Assembly: GCA_963813535.1 (NCBI GenBank)
Contig: CAWEZH010000002.1
Span: 576,001-640,000 of the forward strand
Direction of reading: 5' to 3'
Length of the DNA stretch: 64,000 bases
Source: an uncultured Chloroflexia bacterium
GTDB lineage: Bacteria; Chloroflexota; Limnocylindria; Limnocylindrales; CSP1-4
Numbering within the stretch: the stretch's first letter is position 1; every line of letters starts with the position of its first letter. Both the position numbers and the translations under genes were made by a program. The notes beneath the pieces were generated by a model. That model was given only the letters and a program-made list of their open reading frames with translations. It had not been told where the DNA came from and searched no databases. Positions 9,916 through 19,416 of the stretch are shown in pieces.

Positions 9916-10514
9916 GGCAACCAGGCGGAGGGTGTGTAGAACGCGCCACCGCGCCAGGCACCGCCTTGGTAGAACGACCCGAAGCCCAGGGCCCGATAGG
10001 AGCCGCTGCCGCAATCGGACGATGTGCCCATGTCGCTCCCGGCGACCCACCCGAACGCGACCGACGTGGCGTACATGTAGCCGCTATCGCGGCAGGTGGT
10101 CCAGCCCGCGCCGCCGTACCGCTGGATGACGATCCGGGTCCGGAGCTCGCCGGCTGGCTGGGCGAACCTCGTCCCACTCGTGCACGGCCAGCGATACGAC
10201 CGTGCGACGGCATCCGCTCCACCACCCGACGCGCGGCTCAGGCCCGCGGCAAGGTGCAGGCAGCCGTTCACCGTCGATCGGTAGGGCATCCCCGAGCTGC
10301 CGCTCTGCCCGGCCGACATCAGCACCCACCGCGGCCCACCGAACACCTCGTCGTAGATACACAGGTATTTCACGCCGCTCGCCGGGTCCTCCCAGACCGT
10401 CCCCGGCACGCACGATTCACCCGGTGCGGGGCCACCCGCAGCCATCACCGGGGCCGGCACGCCGAGCGCGACGAGAAGCAGGGCGCTCGCGACGAGCACG
10501 CGCAGACCGGGCAT
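9912..10514 (-). CDS. Hypothetical secreted Cys/Gly/aromatic-rich protein
   Basis: SD GGAGG, signal peptide MPGLRVLVASALLLVALGVPAPVMA, six Cys. Confidence 0.7.
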   Translation of the reverse strand: MPGLRVLVASALLLVALGVPAPVMAAGGPAPGESCVPGTVWEDPASGVKYLCIYDEVFGGPRWVLMSAGQSGSSGMPYRSTVNGCLHLAAGLSRASGGGADAVARSYRWPCTSGTRFAQPAGELRTRIVIQRYGGAGWTTCRDSGYMYATSVAFGWVAGSDMGTSSDCGSGSYRALGFGSFYQGGAWRGGAFYTPSAWLP

Positions 10515-10617
10515 CGACGATCCTCCGTCTCCCGGCGCGCGAGGCGGGATCGCCGTCGGAGGCGAACACCCTACGGACCGGCGATCAGCGGTCCCTCACC
10601 CGCGAGTGCACGGCCGC

Positions 10618-11478
10618 TCATCCAGCGCGCGACCCGACGATCGAGAACGACAGGGGGATCCGGCCACGCTCCTCCGGCCGGACGTCACGGTGACCGCCCC
10701 ACCAGTCGACCGGATGCTCCGCGACCTGCTCGATCGCGATGCCACCACGCAGGAGTGCCGTGACGACCTCTCCGAGCGTCCATGCACGGGCGAACTTCTC
10801 GTGCTGATCGTCGTCGGCGATCGACAGCCGATCGATGTATTCGGGCGCCCAGCCTCGCGACGCCTCGGGACCGGCGAAGTAGTCGTAGTCGGTCGCGATC
10901 CACGACCCGTCGGGACCGACGTCGAACAGCCACTCGGCCGGATGACCGTCGAACAGCACGAACCGACCACCGGGCGCGAGCAGCCGGCAGACCACGCGCG
11001 CCCACGCGTCGAGATCCTGCAGCCACATGAGCGCGCCACGGCCGGTGTAGACGAGGTCGGCCGTGCCATCCAGGTCCGCTGGCGTGTCGAGCACGTCGGC
11101 CTCGACCCAGATCGCCGGCGCGTCGACCGCATCGCTCAGACGACGTGCGAGGGCGAGCATGCGGGGACTGAAGTCGACGCCGACGACCTCGTCGGCACCG
11201 AGATTCCACAGCGACAGCGTGTCCCGCCCGCCGGCACATTGGAGGTGGATCGCCCGGCGGCATCGCCCCCGGATGTCCCCGATCAACGCGGTCTCGATCG
11301 GGAAGAGATTGGACCCGCCACCGCGGATCAGCTCGACGGCCTCATCGAACCAGCCGTCATACCGTTCCGCGGCCTCATCCCATGCGGAGCGGTTGGCCCG
11401 ATGCATGGCGCGTACGTCCTCCCGCTCGCTGTCGCTGGCCGGCCGGACATGCGGCTCGTTCGTCGTCTCCTCGTCCAC
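10618..11478 (-). CDS. Class I SAM-dependent methyltransferase
   Basis: IHLQCAGGRDTLSL, VGVDFS, DLVYTGRGALMWL and LLAPGG motifs. Confidence 0.88.
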   Translation of the reverse strand: MDEETTNEPHVRPASDSEREDVRAMHRANRSAWDEAAERYDGWFDEAVELIRGGGSNLFPIETALIGDIRGRCRRAIHLQCAGGRDTLSLWNLGADEVVGVDFSPRMLALARRLSDAVDAPAIWVEADVLDTPADLDGTADLVYTGRGALMWLQDLDAWARVVCRLLAPGGRFVLFDGHPAEWLFDVGPDGSWIATDYDYFAGPEASRGWAPEYIDRLSIADDDQHEKFARAWTLGEVVTALLRGGIAIEQVAEHPVDWWGGHRDVRPEERGRIPLSFSIVGSRAG

Positions 11479-11503
11479 GCGCCGAGTCTATGCTGCCGAT
11501 GTA

Positions 11504-11533
11504 GTTGACAGCGCAACGACCTCGGGGTACCGT
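11504..11533 (+). promoter_or_regulatory. Sigma70-type promoter of pirin with overlapping inverted repeat
   Basis: TTGACA(11505)-17 nt-TACCGT(11528); GTTG-N6-CAAC palindrome over the -35 box. Confidence 0.55.
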
Positions 11534-11560
11534 GAACGGACCACAAGGAGCCACGACCCC

Positions 11561-12568
11561 ATGCCCGCCATCGTTCCCGACGACATCGCCATCCTGCCGA
11601 GGATCCCGACCCCGGATCCCGCGATCGCACGTGAGCGGCCTGTCCGCAGCATCACGCTCGCTCCCCACGGTCTGGAAGGAGAGGGCTTCCCGGTTCGGCG
11701 CGCCTTCGCGGGTGTTGCGCTCGAAGACCTCGACCCGTTCATCCACCTCGACCAGATGGGTGAGGTCGAATATGCCCCCGGCGAAGCGAAGGGCACGCCC
11801 TGGCATCCGCACCGCGGCTTCGAGACCGTCACGTACATGATCGACGGCGTCTTCGAGCACGCCGACTCAAACGGCGGCGGGGGAGTGATCACCAACGGCG
11901 ACACCCAGTGGATGACGGCGGGAGCCGGCATCCTGCACATCGAGAAGCCGCCGGACTACCTCGTCCGCAGCGGTGGCTTGTTCCACGGGTTCCAGCTGTG
12001 GGTGAACCTGCCCGCGGATCAGAAATGGGCGGCTCCCCGCTACCAGGACATCCGTGCGAGCGAGGTGGCCCTGTCCTCGACGCCAGATGGGGGCGCCCTC
12101 ATCCGCGTCATCGCGGGCGAGGTCGCCGGTCAGGCCGGCCCGGGCTCGACGTACAGCCCGATGACCCTCGTCCACGTGACGCTGAGCCCGGGCGCCCGCC
12201 TCTCGCTGCCTTGGCGACCCGACTACAACGCGCTGATCTACGTCATGAACGGCGATGGCACCATCGGAACCGAGGGTCGGCCTGTCGGGATGGGGCAGCT
12301 GGCGGTCCTCGGAGCGGGGGATGCGCTGACGGTGACTGCGGCAAACCAGCAGGAAAGCCGCAGCCCCGCGATGGACGTGCTGATCCTCGGCGGTAGTCCG
12401 ATCCGCGAACCCGTCGCCTGGATGGGCCCGTTCGTGATGAACACGCGCGAGGAAGTGATGCAGGCGGTGGCCGATTACCAGGCCGGCCGGCTGGGCAGCA
12501 TCCCCGCCGTCCACAGCGCGCCGACCCACCTCGTCGAGACGACGACGCCGACCGCGACAGAGCGCTGA
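11561..12568 (+). CDS. Pirin family protein
   Basis: DPFIHLDQMG, HPHRGFETVT, WMTAGAGILHIE, QLWVNLP and GPFVMN motifs; SD AAGGAG. Confidence 0.95.
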   Translation: MPAIVPDDIAILPRIPTPDPAIARERPVRSITLAPHGLEGEGFPVRRAFAGVALEDLDPFIHLDQMGEVEYAPGEAKGTPWHPHRGFETVTYMIDGVFEHADSNGGGGVITNGDTQWMTAGAGILHIEKPPDYLVRSGGLFHGFQLWVNLPADQKWAAPRYQDIRASEVALSSTPDGGALIRVIAGEVAGQAGPGSTYSPMTLVHVTLSPGARLSLPWRPDYNALIYVMNGDGTIGTEGRPVGMGQLAVLGAGDALTVTAANQQESRSPAMDVLILGGSPIREPVAWMGPFVMNTREEVMQAVADYQAGRLGSIPAVHSAPTHLVETTTPTATER

Positions 12569-12714
12569 TGCCCTGCTGGACGCGGGGCTGACCGCGCAAC
12601 GGGGACACCCGCCACCGAGCCCGCGCCGCCACAAACGCTCGGCTACAGTTCGTCGGTGCCCCCAGCATCGAGCCGTGATCGCGCCTGCCCGGCGACCTTC
12701 GGATACCCGAGCCA

Positions 12715-13905
12715 GTGACGGTGGGCGCCCGCGCCGTGCCGGTGGCGGTCGTTGCGGGGCTGTTCATCGCCTCGCTCGCGATGCGGCCACAGATCCTCGC
12801 GATCGGCCCGTTGCTGCCGTTGATCCGGACAGATCTGGGGCTGCCAGCCGGCATCGCGGGTCTCCTGACCACCATCCCTGTCCTGTGCATGGGCGTGTTC
12901 GCGCCGGCCGGACCACGTCTCGCCGCGCGGTTCGGGGCGTCGACGGCGTTCGCCGCCTGCCTCGTCGCGATCGTCGGCTTCGGTGTGGCTCGTGCGCTGG
13001 CGCCGAGCGTCCCGCTCCTGCTCCTGGGGACGCTCGGGATCGGCATCGCGATCGGCTCAGCGGGCGCCATCCCCTCGATGATCGTCGCCCAGCGCATGCC
13101 CACACGGCCGGCGCTCGGCACCGGTGCCTATGCAGGCGGCATCGTGGCGGGCTCGACGCTGGCGTCCGGACTTGCGGTACCGCTTGCTGTCGACGACGAC
13201 TGGCGCCGGGCACTCATGATCATCTCGCTGGCGTCGCTGCTCTCGGTCGTGGCCTGGCTCGTGCTCGTCGGCGCCGACCAACGCGATCGGGTCGTGGGTG
13301 CTGTCGCCAGGCATCTGCCCTGGCGCGATCCGACCGGCTGGTTGCTAGTCGTGGTATTCGGGCTCCAGTCGGTCCTGTTCTACGGGGTCGTGTCGTGGCT
13401 GCCGAACGCCTTCGTCGAGCGTGGCTGGAGCGCGATCGATGCCGGCGCCCTCATCGCGGTGTTCAATGGCGTCGGCCTGCTCACCACGGTCGGCCTGCCG
13501 CTGGTGGCCGACCGGCTCGGGTCGCGACGGATCCAGCTGCTCGTGTCGTCGGCGGTCGCGGTCGTCGCCCTTCTCGGTGTGATCGCGGCACCGGATCTCG
13601 CGTTCCTCTGGGTGGCGATCCTCGGCCTGTCGCTCGGCGCCGTCTTCCCACTCGTGCTGACACTGCCGCTCGATGTCGCCGACGAGCCGGCGCGCGTCGG
13701 TTCGGTGGCGGCATTGATGCTGCTCGGTGGCTACGTCCTGTCGTCGACGGGACCGGTCGTCCTCGGCGCCGCGCGTGACGTGACGGGCGACTTCGGCGCC
13801 AGCATGTGGATCCTCGTGGGGATCGCGGTCGCGCTGGTCGCCTCCTGCCTGACGCTATCGCCCGACCGCCTTCGGCGCGGCATCCATCGAGAGATCGCGG
13901 CGTGA
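12715..13905 (+). CDS. MFS transporter (CynX/cyanate-permease-like)
   Basis: About 12 TM helices; MRPQILAIGPLLP, GLLTTIP, GLQS..FY..SWLP. Confidence 0.85.
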   Translation: MTVGARAVPVAVVAGLFIASLAMRPQILAIGPLLPLIRTDLGLPAGIAGLLTTIPVLCMGVFAPAGPRLAARFGASTAFAACLVAIVGFGVARALAPSVPLLLLGTLGIGIAIGSAGAIPSMIVAQRMPTRPALGTGAYAGGIVAGSTLASGLAVPLAVDDDWRRALMIISLASLLSVVAWLVLVGADQRDRVVGAVARHLPWRDPTGWLLVVVFGLQSVLFYGVVSWLPNAFVERGWSAIDAGALIAVFNGVGLLTTVGLPLVADRLGSRRIQLLVSSAVAVVALLGVIAAPDLAFLWVAILGLSLGAVFPLVLTLPLDVADEPARVGSVAALMLLGGYVLSSTGPVVLGAARDVTGDFGASMWILVGIAVALVASCLTLSPDRLRRGIHREIAA

Positions 13906-13963
13906 CGACAGCCACCGCGAGGCGTTCCAGCGTTCTCACACCGTGGCGAAGAGCGTTGCCAGT

Positions 13964-13992
13964 TTGCAATCCAGAGCGCTGTCATGGACAAT
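13964..13992 (+). promoter_or_regulatory. Putative promoter of the leader peptide / sulfurtransferase operon
   Basis: TTGCAA(13964)-17 nt-GACAAT(13987), ending 10 nt before the leader ATG. Confidence 0.5.
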
Positions 13993-14002
13993 GCCGCGGC
14001 AG

Positions 14003-14074
14003 ATGAACCGCTACCACGTCCACCACCACTGCATGTGTCATGCCGCTGCCGAGCAGGGCAGGTGGTGTCGATAG
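14003..14074 (+). CDS. Putative attenuator leader peptide MNRYHVHHHCMCHAAAEQGRWCR (23 aa)
   Basis: Short ORF with 5 His and 3 Cys, clustered CAC CAC CAC TGC ATG TGT CAT, lying between the promoter and an intrinsic terminator. Confidence 0.7.
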   Translation: MNRYHVHHHCMCHAAAEQGRWCR

Positions 14075-14116
14075 GCGTGCGTTCCTCGTAGATCCGCACG
14101 CCGGTCCAACCCCCGA

Positions 14117-14145
14117 ACCCCTGCCGACGGCAGGGGTCTTTTGTT
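14117..14145 (+). terminator. Intrinsic terminator (attenuator) in the 5' leader of the sulfurtransferase gene
   Basis: Stem ACCCCTGCC-GAC-GGCAGGGGT followed by CTTTTGTT, about 35 nt upstream of a same-strand ATG. Confidence 0.8.
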
Positions 14146-14179
14146 ACGCCGAATCACGACCACCACAGAGGGACCCAGC

Positions 14180-15517
14180 ATGACGACCGACCAGACCAGG
14201 ACCATCGCGCTGGACGAGTTGCGTGATCGCCTCGAGGATCCTTCACTGACGCTCCTCGACGTACGGCCGCTCGCCGCCTACAACGGCTGGCGCCTCGGCA
14301 CCGAGGCGCGCGGCGGGCACATCCCCGGTGCAGCCGCGTTCCCGCTGGAGTGGCTGCAGACCGTCGACGAGCCCGAGATCGCCCGCCTGTTCGCAGGCAA
14401 GGGCGTCACCCCGGACCGGGACGTGGTCGTCTACGGCTACGGCGCAGACGACGCCGCGACCCTGGCCGATCGGATCGAGCGCTTCGGCATCCCGGACGCG
14501 CGGGTCTTCGAGGCCGGGTTCGCCGAATGGGCCAGGGATCCGTCGCTGCCGGTCGAGAAGCTGCCGAAGCACGAGAAGCTCGTGCACATCGAGTGGCTCC
14601 GGCAGGTCCTGGCGGGCGAGCGGCCGGAGGCGGCACCGCCCGGCGACTTCCTGTTGTTCCACGTGAACTTCGGCGTCCCGGAGGAGTACGCAGAGGCGCA
14701 CATCCCGGGCGCGATCTATCTCGACACCAACACGCTCGAGGACCCGGCCGATTGGAATCGACGCCCGCCGGAGGTCCTCGATGCCGCGATCCGCGCGCTG
14801 GGCATCACCAAGGACACCACGGTCGTCGTCTACGGCCGCGACACCGAGGGCCAGGCGAACGAGAAGTGGCCCGGCCGTCGCGCGGGCCAGATCGCCGCCA
14901 CACGGGCGCTGATGATCCTGACCTACGCAGGCGTCGAGGACGTGCGACTGCTCGACGGCGGCTACGACTGGTGGGTCCGCGGAAGCAACCCGGTCGAGAC
15001 CATCATCCGCGAGCCATCGCCCGTCGCGGACTTCGGCGCGGTCATCCCGGTCCGCCCGGAGGTCATCGTCGACATCGGTGAGGCCAAGGAGATCATCGCG
15101 GACCCCGACGGCGCGGCCCTCGTGAGCGTGCGCACGTGGCGCGAGCACATCGGCTCCGTGAGCGGCTACAACTACATCGGACCGGCCGGACGGATCAAGG
15201 GCGACGTCTGGGGCAACTGCGGCACGGACGCGTATCACATGCAGCACTACCGCAACGTCGACAACACGATGCGGGCGTATCCGGAGATCACGGCGAACTG
15301 GACCGAGGCGGGGATCGTCCCCGAGAAGTGGATCGCCTTCTACTGCGGCACCGGCTGGCGTGCGAGCGAAACGTGGTTCTACGCGTTCCTCCAGGACTGG
15401 CCGCGTATCGCCGTCTATGACGGGGGCTGGTTCGAGTGGAGCCAGGATCCGATGAGCAACCCGATCGAGATCGGGGTGCCGGACGTCGAGACACCTCGAG
15501 ACGTGTACGCCGCCTGA
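14180..15517 (+). CDS. Three-domain rhodanese sulfurtransferase (YnjE-like)
   Basis: Two HIPGA rhodanese signatures, active-site loop CGTGWR as in E. coli YnjE, C-terminal YDGGWFEW. Confidence 0.9.
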   Translation: MTTDQTRTIALDELRDRLEDPSLTLLDVRPLAAYNGWRLGTEARGGHIPGAAAFPLEWLQTVDEPEIARLFAGKGVTPDRDVVVYGYGADDAATLADRIERFGIPDARVFEAGFAEWARDPSLPVEKLPKHEKLVHIEWLRQVLAGERPEAAPPGDFLLFHVNFGVPEEYAEAHIPGAIYLDTNTLEDPADWNRRPPEVLDAAIRALGITKDTTVVVYGRDTEGQANEKWPGRRAGQIAATRALMILTYAGVEDVRLLDGGYDWWVRGSNPVETIIREPSPVADFGAVIPVRPEVIVDIGEAKEIIADPDGAALVSVRTWREHIGSVSGYNYIGPAGRIKGDVWGNCGTDAYHMQHYRNVDNTMRAYPEITANWTEAGIVPEKWIAFYCGTGWRASETWFYAFLQDWPRIAVYDGGWFEWSQDPMSNPIEIGVPDVETPRDVYAA

Positions 15518-15559
15518 AGCACGCTCGAGTTCGAGCGTCGCATCGACGATGACCGTGAG

Positions 15560-16666
15560 GTGACGGCCGAGCGGCTGCGGATCGGCCTCGTCGGTTGCGG
15601 GGACGTGGCGCGCCGGCACTACCTGCCGGCGCTCGCCGACCTCGCCGATCGCGTCCGTATCGTGTCGTGCATGGACGTGCGGCTCGATGCGGCCGACGCC
15701 CTGGTCGTCGACATCGCCTCCTGGTCGCCGGGTGCGCGCGCATTCGACGACCTCGACGCGATGCTCGCCGATGGTGGTCTGGATGCGGTCATCGACCTGG
15801 CGCCCGCGACGCGGCACGGGACAGTGAACCGGGCGGTCCTCGACGCCGGCGTCGCGCTCTACTCGGAGAAGCCGATCGCGGGCACGCTCGAGGAGGCGGA
15901 CGGCCTCATCGAAACGGCGAGGCGCGGCGGCGTGCCGTTCCTGTGCGCTCCGGGCGTGGCCGTCACGCGCCGGTTCGCGTGGCTGGCCGATCTCGTTCGC
16001 TCAGGACGGTACGGGCGAGCGACCCTCGTCGTCGCCCATCACGCCGATCCGGGTCCGGCGGCCTGGCGCGAATACACGGGCGACCCGCGGCCGTTCTACG
16101 GCAGGGGTGTGGGACCCGTCATCGACCATGGCATCTACCGACTCCACGGCATGACGATGCTGCTCGGACCCGTCCAGCGCGTGCAGGCCATGGGCGCGAT
16201 CGGCACGCCGACGCGCCACGTTCGCGGTGGACCGCTCACGGGCCAGACGATCCCCGTCACGACACCCGACCATGTGCTCATCAATCTCGAGTTCGCGAAC
16301 GGTGCCCTCGGTCAGCTCCTCGCCAGCTTCGGCACGGCTGCGACGCTCGCGCCGTGGATGGAGGTCCACTTCGAGCGTGCCACGGTCAGCTTCGGCGGCC
16401 AGTCCCACGAGAAGGACGCTCCGGTCAGCCTCTACGTCGACGACGAGTCACCGGCCGCTCGCGAGGGCTGGGCCCACGGCGTCGAGATCCCGGTCGATGA
16501 CGTTGCGGTGGTCGAAGCCGGGATCCGTCACTTCATCGACGTCCTGTCCGGCGACGCCGAGCCGATCCTGACCGCCGAGCACGCACGTCACGTGCTCGAC
16601 ATCATCGTGAAGGCGTATGCGTCGATCGAGGATGGCGCCTCGCACGCGACCGAAACGACCTTCTGA
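15560..16666 (+). CDS. Gfo/Idh/MocA family oxidoreductase
   Basis: IGLVGCGDVA Rossmann motif, SEKP, GPVIDHGIY. Confidence 0.9.
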   Translation: MTAERLRIGLVGCGDVARRHYLPALADLADRVRIVSCMDVRLDAADALVVDIASWSPGARAFDDLDAMLADGGLDAVIDLAPATRHGTVNRAVLDAGVALYSEKPIAGTLEEADGLIETARRGGVPFLCAPGVAVTRRFAWLADLVRSGRYGRATLVVAHHADPGPAAWREYTGDPRPFYGRGVGPVIDHGIYRLHGMTMLLGPVQRVQAMGAIGTPTRHVRGGPLTGQTIPVTTPDHVLINLEFANGALGQLLASFGTAATLAPWMEVHFERATVSFGGQSHEKDAPVSLYVDDESPAAREGWAHGVEIPVDDVAVVEAGIRHFIDVLSGDAEPILTAEHARHVLDIIVKAYASIEDGASHATETTF

Positions 16667-16674
16667 CGGACGCC

Positions 16675-18309
16675 TCAGGCGCGCTCGAGCCGCCAGGCTT
16701 CGACGGGCTCACGCTTGCCCTTCACCAGGACCGGCCCGAGCTCCTGGCCGACGCGGCCCTCGCCGAGCGCTTCCCACGTCGTCCGTCCGACGATGATCTG
16801 ACCCGGTTCGGCGACCGTCATCAGCCGCGCCGCCGTATTCGTCGTGTCCCCGATCACCGCGAAGCTCCGGCGCTCGGCAGAGCCGACATCACCAAGGACC
16901 GCCGGACCGGTGTTGACACCGACGCGGAAGACCGGCCAGCCGGGCCGGCTCGCAGCGATGGGACGTGCCGCGTCCACGATGGCACGCGCCGTGCGCGCAG
17001 CCCGGAGTGCATGATCGGGCTGGTCGCCGACCGCGTTGAAGATGGCCATGATCCCATCGCCCGCGAAGTGTTCGATGACCCCGCCGGCAGTGTCGATCGC
17101 CGGGACGACGGCTGCCCAGAAGGCATTGAGCATCTCGAGGACCTCGGTGGGCGGGCGCGTCTCACTGAACGGGGTGAAGCCCGCGAGATCCGCGAAGACG
17201 ACGCTCACGATGCGCTCCTCACCGGGCAGCGCGACGCCAGGCGTGCCACGCCGTCTGATCCGGTCGGTGACCACCGACGGCAGGTACGGCTGGAACGATG
17301 CATCGAGCCGGCGGAGCTCCTGGGCCGTACCGGCGAGCAAGGCGACCTCGTCGCTGGTGGCGCCCTCATCACGGAGCTGGTCGAGCACGGGATCGACCGG
17401 TCGACCGTCGGCCTGCGCGGAGGCCACGTCGGCGATCGCCTTCGCATGCCAGCGATCGATCTGGGTCAGCGTCGTCTCCAGGTAGAGCCCGCCGAAAGCG
17501 CCGGTCAGCGAACCGCTACGTCGGTACTCCTCGCGCGCGCCCAGGGCGATGAGTCCGAAGGCCGCCAGCATCAGGATGTGCCACTCCCACCAGCTCAACT
17601 GCCAGTTCCGGCTGACGACGACGGCGATCATGGCTTCGGCGAGGAGCACCAGCGCCACAGCGATGGTGAGCAGGATCGGACCGCCGCGCTGGCGGTACAT
17701 CCGGTAGGTTCGCCCCGCCGCGAAGACATAGAGCACGACGGCGACGATGCCCAGGATCGTCAGGGCGCCCACGCCCTCGGTGACCGGCGGCGGTCCGTCG
17801 AGCGGTGGCAACCGGGCGAGTGACAGGATGCCCCACACCACCATGAGCCCGAGGAGCCCGGCCAGGATCAGCGGCCGTGCGCGAAGGACGATAGGCCCTC
17901 CGGGACCGGCGATGGAACTCGTCGAGGCCGCTGCGAAGATCGCAGCGAGGCCAAGACCCAGCGGGGTGGCGACCGCGAACCCCGCGTTCGGCGTCTCCAG
18001 GAGGACGCCGGGCGTGGCGAGGGCATGCAGACCGAGGAAGCCGGCCGCCGACAGGAAGGCGAACGAGATCAGGACCAGGCGGGCATCGCGGAAGCGCCCT
18101 GCGGCGACGTTGGTGACATACGCCAGGGCGACGCTGACAAGGGCGGTGCTGAGCACCAACCAGAAGTGGCTCGGATGGTGCTCCCACTCGAGGTCCATCT
18201 CCGGCCGTCCGAGGAGCATCGCCAGTCCGACGAGCGGCAGCGTGATCGCGACCGGGACGGTCCACGGGACACCTCCCGGCTTCTCCCGTGCCTTGGCATC
18301 CGTCGCCAT
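16675..18309 (-). CDS. Membrane-bound class III adenylate/guanylate cyclase
   Basis: About 8 N-terminal TM helices; FADLAGFT, FAGDG, RVGVNTG and GDTTNTAARL catalytic motifs. Confidence 0.9.
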   Translation of the reverse strand: MATDAKAREKPGGVPWTVPVAITLPLVGLAMLLGRPEMDLEWEHHPSHFWLVLSTALVSVALAYVTNVAAGRFRDARLVLISFAFLSAAGFLGLHALATPGVLLETPNAGFAVATPLGLGLAAIFAAASTSSIAGPGGPIVLRARPLILAGLLGLMVVWGILSLARLPPLDGPPPVTEGVGALTILGIVAVVLYVFAAGRTYRMYRQRGGPILLTIAVALVLLAEAMIAVVVSRNWQLSWWEWHILMLAAFGLIALGAREEYRRSGSLTGAFGGLYLETTLTQIDRWHAKAIADVASAQADGRPVDPVLDQLRDEGATSDEVALLAGTAQELRRLDASFQPYLPSVVTDRIRRRGTPGVALPGEERIVSVVFADLAGFTPFSETRPPTEVLEMLNAFWAAVVPAIDTAGGVIEHFAGDGIMAIFNAVGDQPDHALRAARTARAIVDAARPIAASRPGWPVFRVGVNTGPAVLGDVGSAERRSFAVIGDTTNTAARLMTVAEPGQIIVGRTTWEALGEGRVGQELGPVLVKGKREPVEAWRLERA

Positions 18310-18365
18310 GCCCGCAGCATACGACCGGGCACGTCATGCCTTCGTCGCCCATGCATCATCACGTG

Positions 18366-19404
18366 GTGACCGACCAGACCCTGTCGCCTCGGGCGCTGAA
18401 CCGTGCCCTCCTTGCCCGGCAGTCGCTTCTCGAGCGGTCGACCCTGTCGATCGCCGAAACCGTCGAGCAGGTCGGCGGTCTGCAGACGCAGTACGCGCCC
18501 TCCGGCTATGTCGGCCTGTGGACGCGCCTGGGCGGGTTCCAGCGCGACGATCTGACCGCCGCTCTCGAAGACCGCAGCGTCGTCCAGGCGACACTGATGC
18601 GGGTCACGATCCACATCGTGTCGCGGGCCGAGTACTGGCACTACGCGCTCGGTGTCCGTGCCGCGCGGCGCGAGCTCTGGCGGCGGACATGGGCCCGCGC
18701 GACCGGGGTAGGGGAGTCTGAGGTCGAGCGTACGGCGAGCGTCCTCCGAGCAGCCCTTGCCGACGGACCCCGGACCGTCAAGGAGCTCGGCGACCTGGCG
18801 TCCGGGTTCGTCGGCACGCACGGGCTGTGGGTCGACCTCGTGCGCGTGCCACCCAGCGGGACGTGGGAGCGCCGCCGGGCCGACCGACTCGGGCTCGCAG
18901 AAGACTGGGTCGGCCCGCCCGACACCTCCGAGGCGGACGGTCTGCGGCACCTCGTCCGGGCATACCTCCGCGCGTTCGGGCCTGCGAACTGGGCCGACAT
19001 CGCTTCATGGGCGGGGATCACGACGACCGCGGCGAAGGAGGCCGCCGCACGGGCTGGAGCTGCGGACCTATCGAGACGAGGCAGGACGCGTCCTGGTCGA
19101 CCTGCCGGACCAGCCACTACCCGACCCGGACATGCCGGCTCCGGTGCGGTTCCTGCCCCACTGGGACGCCAACCTGCTCGTCCATGCGCGGCGGACCGGG
19201 CTGCTGCCGGAGGCGTTCCGTCCACGCGTGTTCTCGACGAAGAACCCCTTCTCGGTCGGCACGTACCTCGTCGACGGCAGCGTCGCCGGTGGATGGTCGC
19301 TGCGGGACGGCCGGATCGAGCTCGATCCATACATCGACCTTCCGGTTCGCGTGGGGCGCGAGGTCGAGCGTGAGCGGGAGGCGCTCGAGGCGTTCCACGC
19401 CTGA
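18366..19404 (+). pseudogene. AlkZ/YcaQ-family (HTH_42) DNA glycosylase-like gene, split by a +1 frameshift near 19050
   Basis: LNRALLARQ.LL, GLQTQY, LMRVTIH and YLRAFGPA in one frame; LELRTYRDEAGRVLVDLP and PVRFLPHWD in the next; may be a sequencing error. Confidence 0.8.
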
Positions 19405-19416
19405 CGACGGGCTCGG

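Noticed and set aside
13950-14179. SAM riboswitch or T-box upstream of the sulfurtransferase
   Set aside because: No SAM-I core (ATC.AGAG...GCAACC...GTGC) or T-box (GGTGG.ACCGCG) consensus is recognisable; a leader-peptide attenuator fits better. An Rfam scan would settle it
16675-18309. Pycsar/CBASS-type anti-phage system
   Set aside because: The cyclase has a multi-TM sensor and no adjacent effector gene; the cNMP-binding genes are 14 and 41 kb away
19040-19055. Programmed ribosomal frameshifting at the three split genes
   Set aside because: No slippery heptamer or stimulatory structure is seen; three unrelated genes each with +1 base point to sequencing indels
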